A DNA stretch of 64,000 nucleotides from Lepidodermella squamata (lineage: Eukaryota; Animalia; Gastrotricha): contig JBLDXI010000001.1 of NCBI GenBank assembly GCA_047495785.1, forward strand, positions 2,542,001 through 2,606,000, given 5' to 3'. Shown one piece after another: positions 50,070-64,000 of the stretch. The notes under the pieces are model-generated. The model was not told the DNA's origin and ran no database searches. It saw nothing but the letters and a program-made list of their open reading frames with translations. The position numbers and the translations under genes are program-made. Position 1 is the stretch's first letter. Each line of letters begins with the position of its first letter.

Positions 50070-52213
50070 CGTTCTTTGACCCAAATCATGAAACCAGCCG
50101 ATATAGTACAGCCTTGGTATAGTATCGCCTTGGTCTGTCAGTTTCGCTAAAACCCACGATTTTCCCACCGTCGCTATAGATGAAAGGTTTTCGCTAATTT
50201 CTGTTTCTGTAGCCGTCTGAATCTCGTCAATTCGAAAAATATCTAAACTTCTTAAGCTCTACGACCTCGGACTAAGTCAACGTGCCAATCTAGCAAGAAT
50301 TTGTTACAATCAGCGAAATATGCGCAACATTGCTGCTAAGCTCAGATTTCAGGGTTGCCATGACATTAATTAGGTAGTAAAAAGTATACTGCAATAATGT
50401 ATTAGAGTAAAAATCTTCTCAGACCAAATTTCGCGGACTGGGAAATAGGACGTGTCTCGCAGCATGCTTCAGCGGTTACTGTGTTGAGGGACCCAGCATT
50501 CAAAGCAATACTCTAATGCACAAAAAAATCAATCGACTCAAATGAAGGAAAATGAAAGCGTGCCATCACTGAAGAACTTGCCGGGATAGTCTAGACCGTG
50601 TTGATCCTGATGTTCGCTTTGTAATATCTTCGTTGTTGCAAGTGGGTGGAAAAACGGACACAGACTGTTATCCCATTGCGTGGACGCTGGATGTTGCGAA
50701 ATAATGCCGCGACATAGCCCTAATTTGATGCAAGCTGACGTCTTCGAAAAATGATGATCTCGTTAGGTTATTAGGACTCCGGCATGGATGGAAATCTTCA
50801 TTCCGATGTGATGATGAAATGTACTGCAATGTCAATAATATAGGATAATTCCAGCGAAGAATCTCCCCTGCGAACAACACATTTTCAAAGGGCTATATTA
50901 GCGAAAATCCAACTTTCAGTGACGCTTCATATCGCTCGCGTAGCTTTTATACGAGTGTACCCTGCGCCAATAATTCAGACCTGTACACAGAACTCGGCTA
51001 TTCTTCCCATTATATTGGGTTGCAAATGGTTTAGCAAAGTTTCACTCCGCAGTGGACTCTAGTTAGTTCACAGCTATGTATCAAATCGGATACATGATCG
51101 GCTCGATTTTTGGCCTGCTCATTTGCAATATCATGATGAAACTTGTTTGTTTAGTCAGTTTGACCGAAATAGTACTGCTGGTTTTAACAGACAGAGAATT
51201 TCGCAATGATCACATAAAATCAGCGTGAATTACTTTTAACTCAATTTCAATTTCTTCGTTATTCTAATGTGCTGATGACCCTGAGTCTACAAGACAACAG
51301 CATCCTATGGGCAAAGCATATTTTGCTTAGGCTACTGTCTTACCGATACGCGCTGAATGCATAAAGCATTTTTCGTACCCCAAGGCCGTACTTCGGCTCA
51401 TTCAATTTGCGGTAGGAAAACCCAAAAATTCAATATGTAACACATTTTTCAACCTGATCTAATTTTCTTCGCGCATCTTATGGCGATGTTCGATAAAATT
51501 CTGCAAAATATGCAGTACACATCAAGCGATCAAGCGCAGAGCAATTTTTCTACATGCTTGCGGCTTTCAGGTCGGCAAAGAAACGACTTAACGCCCAATT
51601 ATTTGCTGAGTAGCTATAATTATTTCGTTAATTTATAGGCTGAGTGACTATTTTGTTAGGTGCTGTCGATTTTTAATGCAAAGAAATGCTAGCACCCACT
51701 TAATAACCGGTGATTTTCCCGACTGCGGCAATCGATAAAACACTGATCGGCGAGTTCAACTTCACACTTCAGGCACAGGACCGGCGAGTGTAGAGCATTT
51801 AGTGTGATTGGCCGTGTTTACCAGCTCGCTTTGAGTGAGTATAGTAGGCAGTAGGGTGCGCACAAGTTTATTGGTGTGTATGCTCAAAATGAGAGCGCAT
51901 GCTCGATTATTCAGAAGCAAAAGGTATCATCCTGTTATGCGAGCTATTTTTTCATATCACCGCATCACAATTTAAACTAATTGCTACATGTTCCGCTGTA
52001 AAAAGCGCATGCGAGGATGACGGCAGCCGGCCTTATTTTTATTTCCTCACCTTTTGTCGACAGGTGAGTCGGCGCACAGTGTTTACTCAGGACAAAACAT
52101 TGTGCGATCGTCGCAAATTTTGTTGCCTGTCTTTGTTGTTATCCACGGCAGTTGAGCGACAGTTGATATAATTTCGCTGTTCGCGCCTCCCAACTGCGCG
52201 CGCTTTGCACACA

Positions 52214-54069
52214 ATGAACTACAAACCGACGCAATTTGCGAATTTTTTATTAATATTAACACTACCGCTCATCATCGCCTTTTCAGCCGGAGAAAACGCA
52301 CCGTCAAATGACAAAATGTTACTGCAGCGTGTTATACCACTCGTTTCGGTCCTATGCAGTTACGACGTCATTGGCGATAATAACGTCGGTCAAGGTGAGC
52401 CAGATATTCCTACATCTAACTCGACTCAGAAATGCGTATAGAATCTCATGGGATGATAACTGTCGCTTAAAAATTAAAATGCATCGGGGGATAGCAGCAC
52501 CTCCATCTCTCTGTTTCTTTGAAAAATTTCCGTGACCTGATGTTAGCTCGTTGCCCTCTACAGAAGGTCTAAGGACTCCGGTTTTCCATTGATGATTTTT
52601 TATCCCATTTAAGCTTACTGTTGCCACAATTCCTTAGTTTTGTCCCGTTTCAGAAGATTGGCTAGTATACTAATTAACTATCTTCTTTTACAGCCTGCAA
52701 CTTGTCTTCTCAATGCAATAAGAATGAATTCTGCATGGCTCAAAGTAATCTGGTACGTTTTATCGCGATAATCACTTCTTCCAATCTATCATAATTACAA
52801 TTTTTGCGTCCTGATTCTGATCCTTGGGTATTTTTTAAATGAATGGTGCCTAGTAGAAAGTGGGGGATTTAGACGTTTCCTAATCTCAAGAATTCATTCG
52901 AAGTTTCTGTCATTACTTTTCAAGTTGAAATGTCTTATAAATTGGAAAACCTGGCTTGAAAAGTCCCAGTTGTAATGTTGAGGGTCAGATGCAATCAATA
53001 TTCTTCAATATTTCTGAGCTATAAAATGTTGATTTGTTACCGGAGTTATCGACTGATTGTCGACTTTTATTCTTAGGAACCACCCTGCAGCACCAAAATT
53101 TGCCACTGCCTGCCACAGCACGAGTTGCTCAGTCAATGTGCATCGCCTGACAAAATTCAGTGCACGGACGTAGTGCTAGAACTCGGCGATCGTTGCTGCA
53201 GCTCACGTTATCAATCCGCCGCGGAGTTACCCTACTCTATACAACCAGTCTATCCTGCCGGTGCTTATTGCTCGCCAAACAACCGTGTCGAATGTCGGCC
53301 TTATTTTATGCAGTTTGGGCATAACTGCTACTCAAATAACAACGTCATGCCCGGGACACCATGCCGGACACATAGCGACTGCCCAGGAGATCTTGTTTGC
53401 AAATCGAACCCTCTTCCATCTTGTCAGTGCCCTTTTGCCTACCTCAAAGTGAGTTAGAAGCATATATAGTTCCGATAGATTCATCATTCATCATTTTTAA
53501 TTTCGCAGTATCAACCACATAGTGGAAATTGTGTTGCCAAGGAGTTTGGCGATTCTTGTGCTTCAGATGCTGAATGCAATCCTCATGGTACAAACTGGCA
53601 TGGTTTCACGTACAACTCCGGCATATGCTCCCCTTCTGGCACATGCGCCTGCGCAGCGAATGCGATCGAGGTGGATGCGTCATACCTCGACAAGCGAACT
53701 GGCCTGGTTTTCAGCAAGAAGCTTTGCGTTATCGCAGAAGGAGCAGTTACTAATCTACGCGTCGACGCCGACTGCCACTTAGACCCAATCATGGCCGGAT
53801 CTTCGCCTTTTGTTCGCATTTGTGCTGCTGGGCTGATTTGCCATACTTGCCCTGAGCAGAAGGCAGTTATCATGGGTAAATGCCGGCGGGTTGTGACAAC
53901 TTCCGCGGCAGGCAATTACGCTCGAACGTCAGAATCTGTTATAATTACCAAGGCGCCTCAAGTTTTACGCGAGGCCGCGCTCAAGGTTAATCACGGAAGT
54001 TGCTCGCATTCACTCGACCTATTCACTTCAACGCTACTCGCCTCCATCACTATAGCGATATTTCTTTAA
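52214..54069 (+). CDS. Cysteine-rich surface protein CR8, multi-exon
   Basis: Signal peptide, exons at ~52695 and ~53077, ORFs 53125-53457 and 53671-54069, hydrophobic tail. Confidence 0.72.
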
Positions 54070-54327
54070 TCAAAATGTTCATATTTTTTATACTTGATAC
54101 ATGTTTTTCATCCATGGCCATATACCTATGCGCTTTTTGATATGAAATTTCGTCTAGTCCCTCATCGTTGTGTTTCATCTTGCGTTGCTGCGTGGGATTT
54201 CAAATAAAGAAATAGAACGGATTGTTTAGTTAACCTGCGTGTCTGTATCTCAAGCAATGCATGGTTCTCAAAAGGAATCGTATCTAGCTGCACTAGTATT
54301 GTGGCTCGAATTTCGGTCCAATCCAAC

Positions 54328-55594
54328 ATGATGATAGAGACATCAATGAATCTCTATGCTGGGGTCTTGCTGTTAGCAGCGATTCAAATGGCTGACGGTA
54401 AGCCGATGTTGGGATCAAGTAAGCGATGGGCAACTAACAAAATAATATATCTTAAAAAGTCATTTTAGACTGCACTACGAATGATGATTGTTCAATCAAC
54501 CAAATATGCCATACAGGAGATGAAGGCCCCTACAATTTCGACCCGCCTTGTGAGGTTGGCCGTTGCCAATGCCGGAGTGGCTATTCACTGAAATTCGACT
54601 GTTCTGAAAAGTTAATTTGCCAACCTGACGAGCTAAGTCCTGGCGATCCTTGCTGCATTCTAGATGAGACTCTAACCGATGTGCCGGATCTTCCTCCTGG
54701 AACAATTTGCCGAGGCGGGAAAGTCGAATGTCAGCCACAATTCAAAGAAATCGATGGATATTGCGGCCACAAAACGGCCCAACCTTCGCTGACGGCTGGC
54801 TCTGGATGTAAGTACACTGGAAACCTTGATGAGGAATCTTGCCCTGGGGATTTAATGTGCCAGTCAGACAACAAGTGCCGATGCTCAGTTGGATTTATGA
54901 GATACGTTCCTGAAACTGGTCACTGCGTCAGGAAAGACTACGGAGATGCATGCAGCTCTGGAATCGAATGTAATGTTTACGGCTCTAATTGGCAGGGCTA
55001 CACTTATCACTCGGGCGCGTGTAAAAATGAGAGCTGCGTGTGTGGCGAAAACGCTGTGCCATACTATGCGAGCTATTTTGACAAATCCTACCTATTCCTC
55101 GAGGAGAAAATCCTTTGTTTAGCTGGAGCTCGAGGAAATCTCGGAATAGGAGCTGAATGTGACGTCGATCCTTTAAAAAACAGCCGAATTCGCGCTGTGA
55201 AAATATGCGCAGCTGGGTCCGTATGTGTGAAATGCCCTGAAGAGCCGGGTGATCCGAATATCGGAAAATGCCGTAAGTAAATATGTTGTTCCTATTCGAT
55301 GCCTATAATTAAGCGATGATTAAAGGTTTGGTTAAACCCGTTGTAAAGACAACGACGCCTAAGCCAGTTTACACAACAACTACTGCAAACGTAACACAGT
55401 CCGAAAATTATAACCAAACGGAGCTCCTGTCTTCTAGGTCACTCAATGGCACAATCGAAAGCCTTAAAAATGCTACTTCGACTCAGAAAAATCAAGCTTC
55501 TCAGCTTTCACAAAATGGCGGATATTTGGCTGGAGTGCTGGTAGTGTTTGCTTCTCTGGCATGGTTTGAGAATTCTCGGTTTTTCAGGATTTGA
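54328..55594 (+). CDS. Cysteine-rich surface protein CR9
   Basis: Signal exon, long open exon ~54469-55272, Thr-rich stalk and tail in ORF 55316-55594. Confidence 0.75.
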
Positions 55595-55678
55595 ATCTGC
55601 TCTTTACAATTTTTAATAAAATCAAAGTTTCCTATTTGATTGCAGAAACTGGAAATGTTTATTGTAAATTCTGACATT

Positions 55679-56906
55679 TTAGTTTGTAGTCATAGTTAGT
55701 CGAATCCAGTCCAGGAAAACGCTTACACGTGTGTAAACACCTAGTATCAAAAAACTCATTAAAACAAATTAATAATTTGCGTTCGATCCAACCTGGTAAG
55801 CCGACTCCGCAAACCGTTCCCCAACTGACAATTCCAACCTGAACGAAAACTGGGCTGTCAGGCGATTGTCGCATGATCAAAGGCCCGCCACTGTCGCCCT
55901 GACATGCGTCCTTAACCCCAGCGTTTGCACACAGCATTGTATCGTCAACATCGATGAAAACAAAGCGCTTCTCACAATCTGGGTTCGTCATAGTGTAAAG
56001 TTCAACTTTCTGAAGGGTATTAGCTGAGAAACCACCTTGAATAGCAATAGAATAAGAATTAGCAAAAATTTGGCGAATTTATCCATGGGGAAGGTTTTTA
56101 CCATCGATCATGTAGCCCCATCCAGCGGCAACTGTAGCATTCCGATCGAGGCTTCCGATGTCTGATTGTGGTAGGCAAATGTCTCGAATATTGCTGTCAA
56201 AAGTCAGCGGAGAAGCCAGTTTTATCAATGCAACATCATTTGACATTGTCAATGGATCGAAGTCTTTGTGAGGAAGAATTGTCGCCACTTTGACGTAGAC
56301 CTCAGTTGTATCAGCATTTAAAAGGCGATGTTCCCCGGCTACGACACGTATTCGGCTGAGAGTCAGTGAGGAAGTGACGTCGAGTCCCTGAAAGCAGTGA
56401 GCAGCTGTGAGGATGTAGTACTGATTCAGGATTGAACCGCCGCAAATGTGCTCGCTGTCCCTTTGGATGCTAACAAGCCACTAGGAGTAAAGAGTAAAGA
56501 ATATGACTTAATGTTGTGAAACTTCATCAAAGCACCGGAAACTCGTTAGGAAAAGCATCTTCCCCATTGGCGATTCTGTTCATTTGTTGCTCTGTCTTTC
56601 CAGCTAGACTTCCATACTTTGAAACACCACAGCTGTCTGTAGAAGTCTAAATTTGATACATACTCGTATTTTCAGCTTTCATCTCTTACAATCAAGAGGA
56701 TTTATGGTTGTCACGTCTGGTGGAAGGGTCACAATCGGCACGCAGCATTTCTTGCTACTTAGAGTTCCACAGCGAAGATTTGGATCTTCGTAGTAATCAT
56801 CTTTGCAACTGAAATCGCAGTAAGACCCAGGTTTATCCCCGCAGTTCCAGAAATCTCCGCGAGTCTTATTCACGAGTAGAAACAGTAACAATACGGTGCA
56901 AATCAT
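55679..56906 (-). CDS. S1A serine protease zymogen SP1 with N-terminal 6-Cys domain
   Basis: Signal; C-x7-C-x3-C-x11-C-x7-CC; R|IANG activation site; [20 protein letters not shown]. Confidence 0.9.
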
Positions 56907-57028
56907 TTTTTAAAAGGTGCGTGTCCGTCCGATGTTAACTTGTTGAGTTTTTATTTGTTGGGCATATCTCAAAGTATGCATAAATTATATTTATCTAAAT
57001 TAGAGTCAATTTCAGTTCTGTTCCGATA

Positions 57029-58260
57029 TCAATTTGTTGCCATAGTCGTTTTCATCCAGGTCGTAAACGCGCTTACACGGGTATACACGCCTACAACGAA
57101 GGTTCAATAAGTTCGAAATCCCGATTTAATTAAGAAAAGATGCCTACCGGGATATCCTTGGGCGCAACCATAGCCCCAACTCACAAGGCCGACCTGAATA
57201 AAAACGGGGCTGTTGAGGGATTGTCGCATTATTAATGGACCCCCGCTGTCTCCGTTGCATGCGTCCTTAGTATCAGCCTGGGCACAGAGCTCGTTCTTAC
57301 TAACGCCTTCTCCGACCTCTGAGTACTCATCGTTGCATTGCGTGTTTGTGATTGTAATTAGTTGTGTTTTCTGAAGCGTTGAAGGAGAAGATCCATCTAT
57401 ATGATTCTTTGTAAATAAATATTATCAGAAATCTAAGAAGAGCAACCTTGTTGGGTGAGTCCCCATCCGGCAAGAATAGTGATGTTACGATCAAGATTGC
57501 CTATGCTCGAATCCGCTAAGCATATCTCGCGAATATTGCTATTAAACCTGAGAGAAACTGAAACTTTGACCAGGGCAATATCATTCGCAAGTGTGATGGT
57601 GTTGAATTTATCGTGCATTACAATGCTAGCCACCCTCGAGTAGACTTCAGAGGAATCAGCGCTGTACAGCCGATGTTCGCCTGATACAACTCGAATTTTC
57701 GAAAGAGTTGTCTTAGAGGTGACATCAACGTCTGTGAAGCAGTGGGCTGCAGTCAAAATCCAGTTATTGTTAATTATAGATCCGCCGCAAAAATGTTCTC
57801 CATCCATCTGTAAACTGACGATCCACTGAAAAAAGAGATGATTAAGGAGAGCATGATTACAGGCTTCAGAGCAAACAAACCGGAAATTCGTTCGGGTAAG
57901 TGTCTTCGCCATCTGTAATATAGTTCGTCGTCTTCTTTATCAATTTCCCAGCCTCTGATCCATATTTTGAAACGCCGCAGTCATCTGATGTCATTGCTCA
58001 GCTTTTTCAATTAATATTTTAAAAAGCTTACAATTCAGAGGATTGACAGTAGTCATGGAAGCCGGCACCGTGACAACAGGAACGCAGCATTTCTTACTAG
58101 AGATTCTTCCGCAGGTGTAAGCTGATTCTTCATAGTAGCCGCTTTTGCATTTATAATCGCAATATGCTCCCGGTCTCACGAAGCAATCCGAATTTTGGCA
58201 TATCGCGTGATCGAATGCAAGGATCAGAGCAAGTATTAAGGAATAAACCGTGTATGCCAT
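57029..58260 (-). CDS. S1A serine protease zymogen SP2 with N-terminal 6-Cys domain
   Basis: Same architecture; Y|ITDG at the activation site; TAAHC, NDIAL, DACNGDSGGP. Confidence 0.9.
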
Positions 58261-58552
58261 CTCTCCTAAGTAGCTCTAATCGGGTGGAATTAATTCGGTG
58301 CAAAATCCCGTTTGCGACTCTTGATTTCTTATCGCTATACGTTATCTCTTTTAGACACAGAATAGTAACACACGCCATTTTCAAGTCTGGATTAGCCCCA
58401 CCCGGGCAACCTTCGAACTGCAGAGTCAATAAGCAATTGGGGGAAATCGTGACAAAGATATGGAGCTTTCCAAGAACATACTCTGCGTCATTGGTGTCTT
58501 TTTGTTTATTTTAGCTTCAGATTAGAGAGAACGGAAGACGACCATGAAGAAA

Positions 58553-59734
58553 TTAATTAGTTGCCATGGTCTGCTGGATCCATTTGTAGTAGGAACTGAC
58601 ACGCGTATGACCACCTGATGAGAGCCAATTAAACCTTTCACAATTCATTAAAAACGGTAACTTACTAGGGGTTCCATAGCTGTCGACACAGCGCCATACG
58701 CTGATGATGCCGACTTGGGTGAAGGTTGCGACCCCATCAACTGTCTTCCGAATCATGACAGGTCCGCCTTTATCACCGGCACACACATCTCTCGATCCCG
58801 GATTGGTGCAGAATGCCGTGGCTTTGAAATGTTCATATCCGTAGGCCCTGTCACATTCAGCCTTCGACATTGTCACAAGTCGAACTTTTTGAAGTGTGTT
58901 GGCATAAATGCTGGCTGGAAATAAATCAGAGGGTGATTCGAGAGGGTGATTTTCTTAAGAAATCTTACCAGTAGATCGTTGACCCCATCCAATAGCTATG
59001 GTTGAGTTCTTCGGCAAACTTCCAATAGTTTCATCAGCCAGGCAGACTTCTCTAATATTGCTGTCGAACTTTAAAGGTTGAGCTAGCTTGATCAGCGCAA
59101 TGTCGTCATGCGTGTAGATTTCATCCAGCTTGTATTGTGGATGTTTTATGATTTTTGTTACCTTCGCGTAAACTTCAGTTGCGTCAACATTCAGCATTTT
59201 GTGCTCACCAGCAACCACTCGGGTTTTTTCAATTGTGTATGAGTTGTTTACAACCATATCGCGGTAGCATGATGCAGCGGTTAGCACCCATTGTCGATTA
59301 ATGATTGTTCCGCCGCAAAGGTGAGAGCTTTCGAACTGGATGCTCACCATCCATGGAAACTCATTCGGATAAGTGTCTTCGCCGTCGTTAATATACAAAA
59401 TCGGACTGTTTCCTATCTTTCCAGCCTCAGAGCCGTATTTTGACACGCCACAAGTATCTTAATTAAGAAGAGAACATTTAGTAGAAACGACTCAATCCCG
59501 TAGCTTACATTGGAGAGGATTAAGCGTTGTCATGTCGCCTGGCAGTTTCAGGTCTGGTGCACAGCATTTCTTACTGGTGAGAAGCCCGCATCTCAGATAA
59601 GGGTCCACGGAATAGCCTGCTTTGCAGTTGTAGTCGCAATAGCTTCCGGGCTTTTTGTCACAATCAGCAAATGATGCTTCGGAACACCCGAGCGTGATTC
59701 CGATCAAAACTAGGATGCTGATTTCTTTAGCCAT
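58553..59734 (-). CDS. Non-catalytic serine protease homologue SP3 with N-terminal 6-Cys domain
   Basis: Intact frame, but TAASC (His>Ser) and DVCAGDKGGP (Ser>Lys); Y|INDG at the activation site. Confidence 0.88.
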
Positions 59735-60183
59735 TTCTGGTACAAGCCTTTGGAATATATATGGGTACCGAGGAAGCAAGTGGGCCTAATTTAAATAGGT
59801 TCTTATCGACAGTCGTGGCGCCATAATTCCAATTGTATTTTGCGATATGGACATCTCCTTTAGTTTGTTTAGTGTCCGCCATAAACAGGCAATATTTTGA
59901 CCTAATAGATAAGTTTTTTCTTTCGCAACTTTTCTGTCTTGAGGGCTTGAGGGCAAGGATCATTAAAGACTCTTTCAATGCAAATATTTCTGAGCCATGG
60001 CAGATTTCGAATGTTTCAACTTTAGAATTGTAATTAGAGGAGAAACCATACGGTCAAGTTAAGTCGATCTTCGGAATAAAAACGTGGTATATAAGCTGTT
60101 GCTACGCTTTACTAGATAATTCGCTTTTGTCAATTTAGGATTATTAGTTAAATTGTCATTGTTCCGGGCGAATTGACTGGGAA

Positions 60184-61460
<1,277 letters not shown>

Positions 61461-61485
61461 TAGGAAAGAAACTTCAATTTTCCTC

Positions 61486-61499
61486 GGTATTTATAACCG
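61486..61499 (-). promoter_or_regulatory. Probable TATA box of SP4
   Basis: Minus-strand TATAAATA lies about 30-55 bp upstream of the candidate start codons. Confidence 0.35.
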
Positions 61500-62116
61500 A
61501 TGAAGCTTTATCTTAATTATGCATTTCTTTTATTCGTGCGCAATAATTTGCGACAGCCAATTTTGTTACGCCCTCCTCTTCTTCGGCTAAAATTGACCTC
61601 TTCCACATGGTCGTGTGAACTAAATCTTAAGTACGCGTGGGGACATTTTTAATTTAGAGTTATTTTTATGACATTTGAATATGATCGCAACGAATTCATG
61701 GCCATTTTCGGTTTTTAATCTTGAGATAGTGGCCGATCTAATAAATTATTCATGCTGTGTCTAACGCTGTAAGGATTAGTCTCTTCTTCAAAGCGGCCGC
61801 GCTCAAGGCGACACTTGCTGGCGCCCTAAACACACTTGCGCGTCGCCCGTCAACCAAGTTGCGCCATTAATTATTCATCCGGTGCCAATGCGCCCCTCAA
61901 GTAGTAACACGTTTCCGTTGAGCTGTGCTAAAGAAACAATGCGTTAGACTGCAAGTGGAAGTGATAGAGAAAAGAAATAAATATTAAATGAGACGAAGTT
62001 CAATACTAGTGAAACGACTAGAACATATTTTCTTATGATAGAGAGACGCCTTGACCGTCTATCCGTTGACAAATGCTTAGACTACGAGGTGTGAAATCAA
62101 AGTCATAGCTGCTGTT

Positions 62117-64000
62117 ATGTCTTTTTCAGCTCAATGTTTGCAGGTTACTACTGATCTTTCATCAAAATCGAATAATTCAAGCTGTATTTTCTCCCAGATC
62201 CTATTCAGAGTCGCAATTGTGAGTCTCGTTTCGGCTAATCTTACCTCTGGTCAAACCACCCAGACCAATGCAGTAAATTCCGTCGGGAAAGGTAAGCAAA
62301 TTTAATCGAATCTGTCAAATTCTTTCGTATATCATAGTCAATAAGAGGAAGCTTTGAAATTTGAAATTATTGAGGAATTATTGCGCAATTGGGATAGATT
62401 ATGCCCGAATATCCATATCTATGTTGACTTCTACAGGGGGAAATAAAGCATATCCGGGGAATATCAAAAATCATCCGCTCTAATAGTATAGCACAGTTGT
62501 TTAATTTCAGCTGTATGATAAAATTCACATTTACATATAGTCATATTGGATATCGTTGATGTTCTAAATTTTGCGTATGACCATAAATTCAGAATCGAAA
62601 TTTCCTTTCGGTCGGGCGAGTCTTGAAAATTTCAATGGAGTAATTTCCATCAGATACCATTAAACTTCAAAACACGAATGAAATGGAGCATGTTGAGAAT
62701 CTCGGGAAATTTAGGATAAATCTAAATTTATATAATAGCAATATATGGCTTGAATTTCTAGAGGTTTTGTACAGCTAACATCTAGCTGATTTTCAAAGTA
62801 GGCACGCGTGCCATTTTTCGAATGAGTCCTTGTTAGTCCGTTCACAGCACTAATATCTTAAAATCATTCGTTTTCCATTCTGTGATAGCGTGTACGTACA
62901 ACAGCGATTGCTCTGGCCCAAATGAGTACTGCAAAATTACGAAAAACATAAACCCACCATGCACAACTGGCTACTGTGATTGCCTCTCTTGTTATGGAGT
63001 CGATCAGTACAACATTTGCACACCATGTAAGTCTCTAGCTCTGTTACAAACAATACCCAAATTAAATCTCGGATATTTTCAAGTTGTAACAAAGAAAATC
63101 GGAGACTATTGCACCGGCGCTGCGAATGAAATTATCCTACCAGTTTACGGTGAATGTGTCAATAAGAAAGTACAATGCAAGCTTGGCTACATTGCAAATG
63201 GGACACTATACTGCGTTAATGACCCGGATAACACGAGATTACCTGAAGGAGCGCCTTGCACTTACACTTCTGACTGCCAGGGCGATATGTGGTGCAGCCC
63301 ATGGTACGGGGTTTGTGAGTGTAAGGATGAGCAGTTTCGTTTCGACACCACAGCTCGACTGTGTGTTCGCCGTGAATTCAATGACACATGTAGTTACAAC
63401 TCGCAGTGTAAAGTACGAGGACTCAAATGGTCTGGGTACACTTACAACGCCGGCGTTTGCTCCGACGGTCTGTGTAACTGTGGCAGCAACACGGAAACTG
63501 TTGTTGCCTACACTAATCCAACAACTGGCGCTTTGCTGACTAAAACGATTTGCGTCAATAATAATGCGAAAACTGGGCTGATAAATGGGTCTGTTTGCTA
63601 CAACGATCCGGTTTATGATGGTGATGTCGATGACGTCGCTGTCTGCTCGAAAAATTTTGTATGCGCGAGATGCCCCGAAGATACTAATTTACCCACTTGG
63701 AAAGGAACGTGTCGTAAGTGTTTGGTTGTTAAAAGAACCTCTGAATAATGCTTCATTATTAATCAGGGTTTTATGCGGCTGTTCCTGCCCCGCCTGTTTG
63801 TTACATCAGCCCTGGAATCTATCCTGGAAATAACGCCGTCACCATTCCATCAACCAGGAGGCCGAAAACTACAACCACGACAAGTGTTTACGACACTTGG
63901 AGCTGGGCTGATCGGACAATGGCGATGGTTGCAAACGAAACTTGGACGCAATGGCTGCCATACTTGAGGCAGTGCTCTGAGCAGCTCGTTTGCTGGGTCA
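62117..64000 (+). CDS. Cysteine-rich protein CR10, runs off the window end
   Basis: Signal exons 62117-62291, core ORF 62882-63748. The next exon (~63767) stays open to 64000. Confidence 0.72.

Overview
Gene-dense DNA from a compact-genome animal. Introns are GT-AG and mostly 45-60 nt; the organism cannot be identified from sequence alone. Almost every gene encodes a secretory-pathway or cell-surface protein, in interleaved tandem families: one tetraspanin; three orphan GABA-B-like class C GPCRs; six type II membrane DxD (GT-A-like) putative glycosyltransferases plus a pseudogene; ten genes (eleven modules) of a cysteine-rich, mostly GPI-anchored family; one divergent class A GPCR; and four trypsin-fold zymogens carrying a beta-defensin/clip-like 6-Cys N-terminal domain, one of them catalytically dead. 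The first 16 kb records a local duplication. The first GPCR copy has a 102-bp in-frame deletion and is followed by a glycosyltransferase pseudogene that runs into a perfect 113-bp-arm hairpin, then a decayed LINE containing a hAT-type MITE. Two more nested MITEs lie in a glycosyltransferase intron. Gene models were spliced by eye, so exon boundaries and family assignments need computational confirmation.
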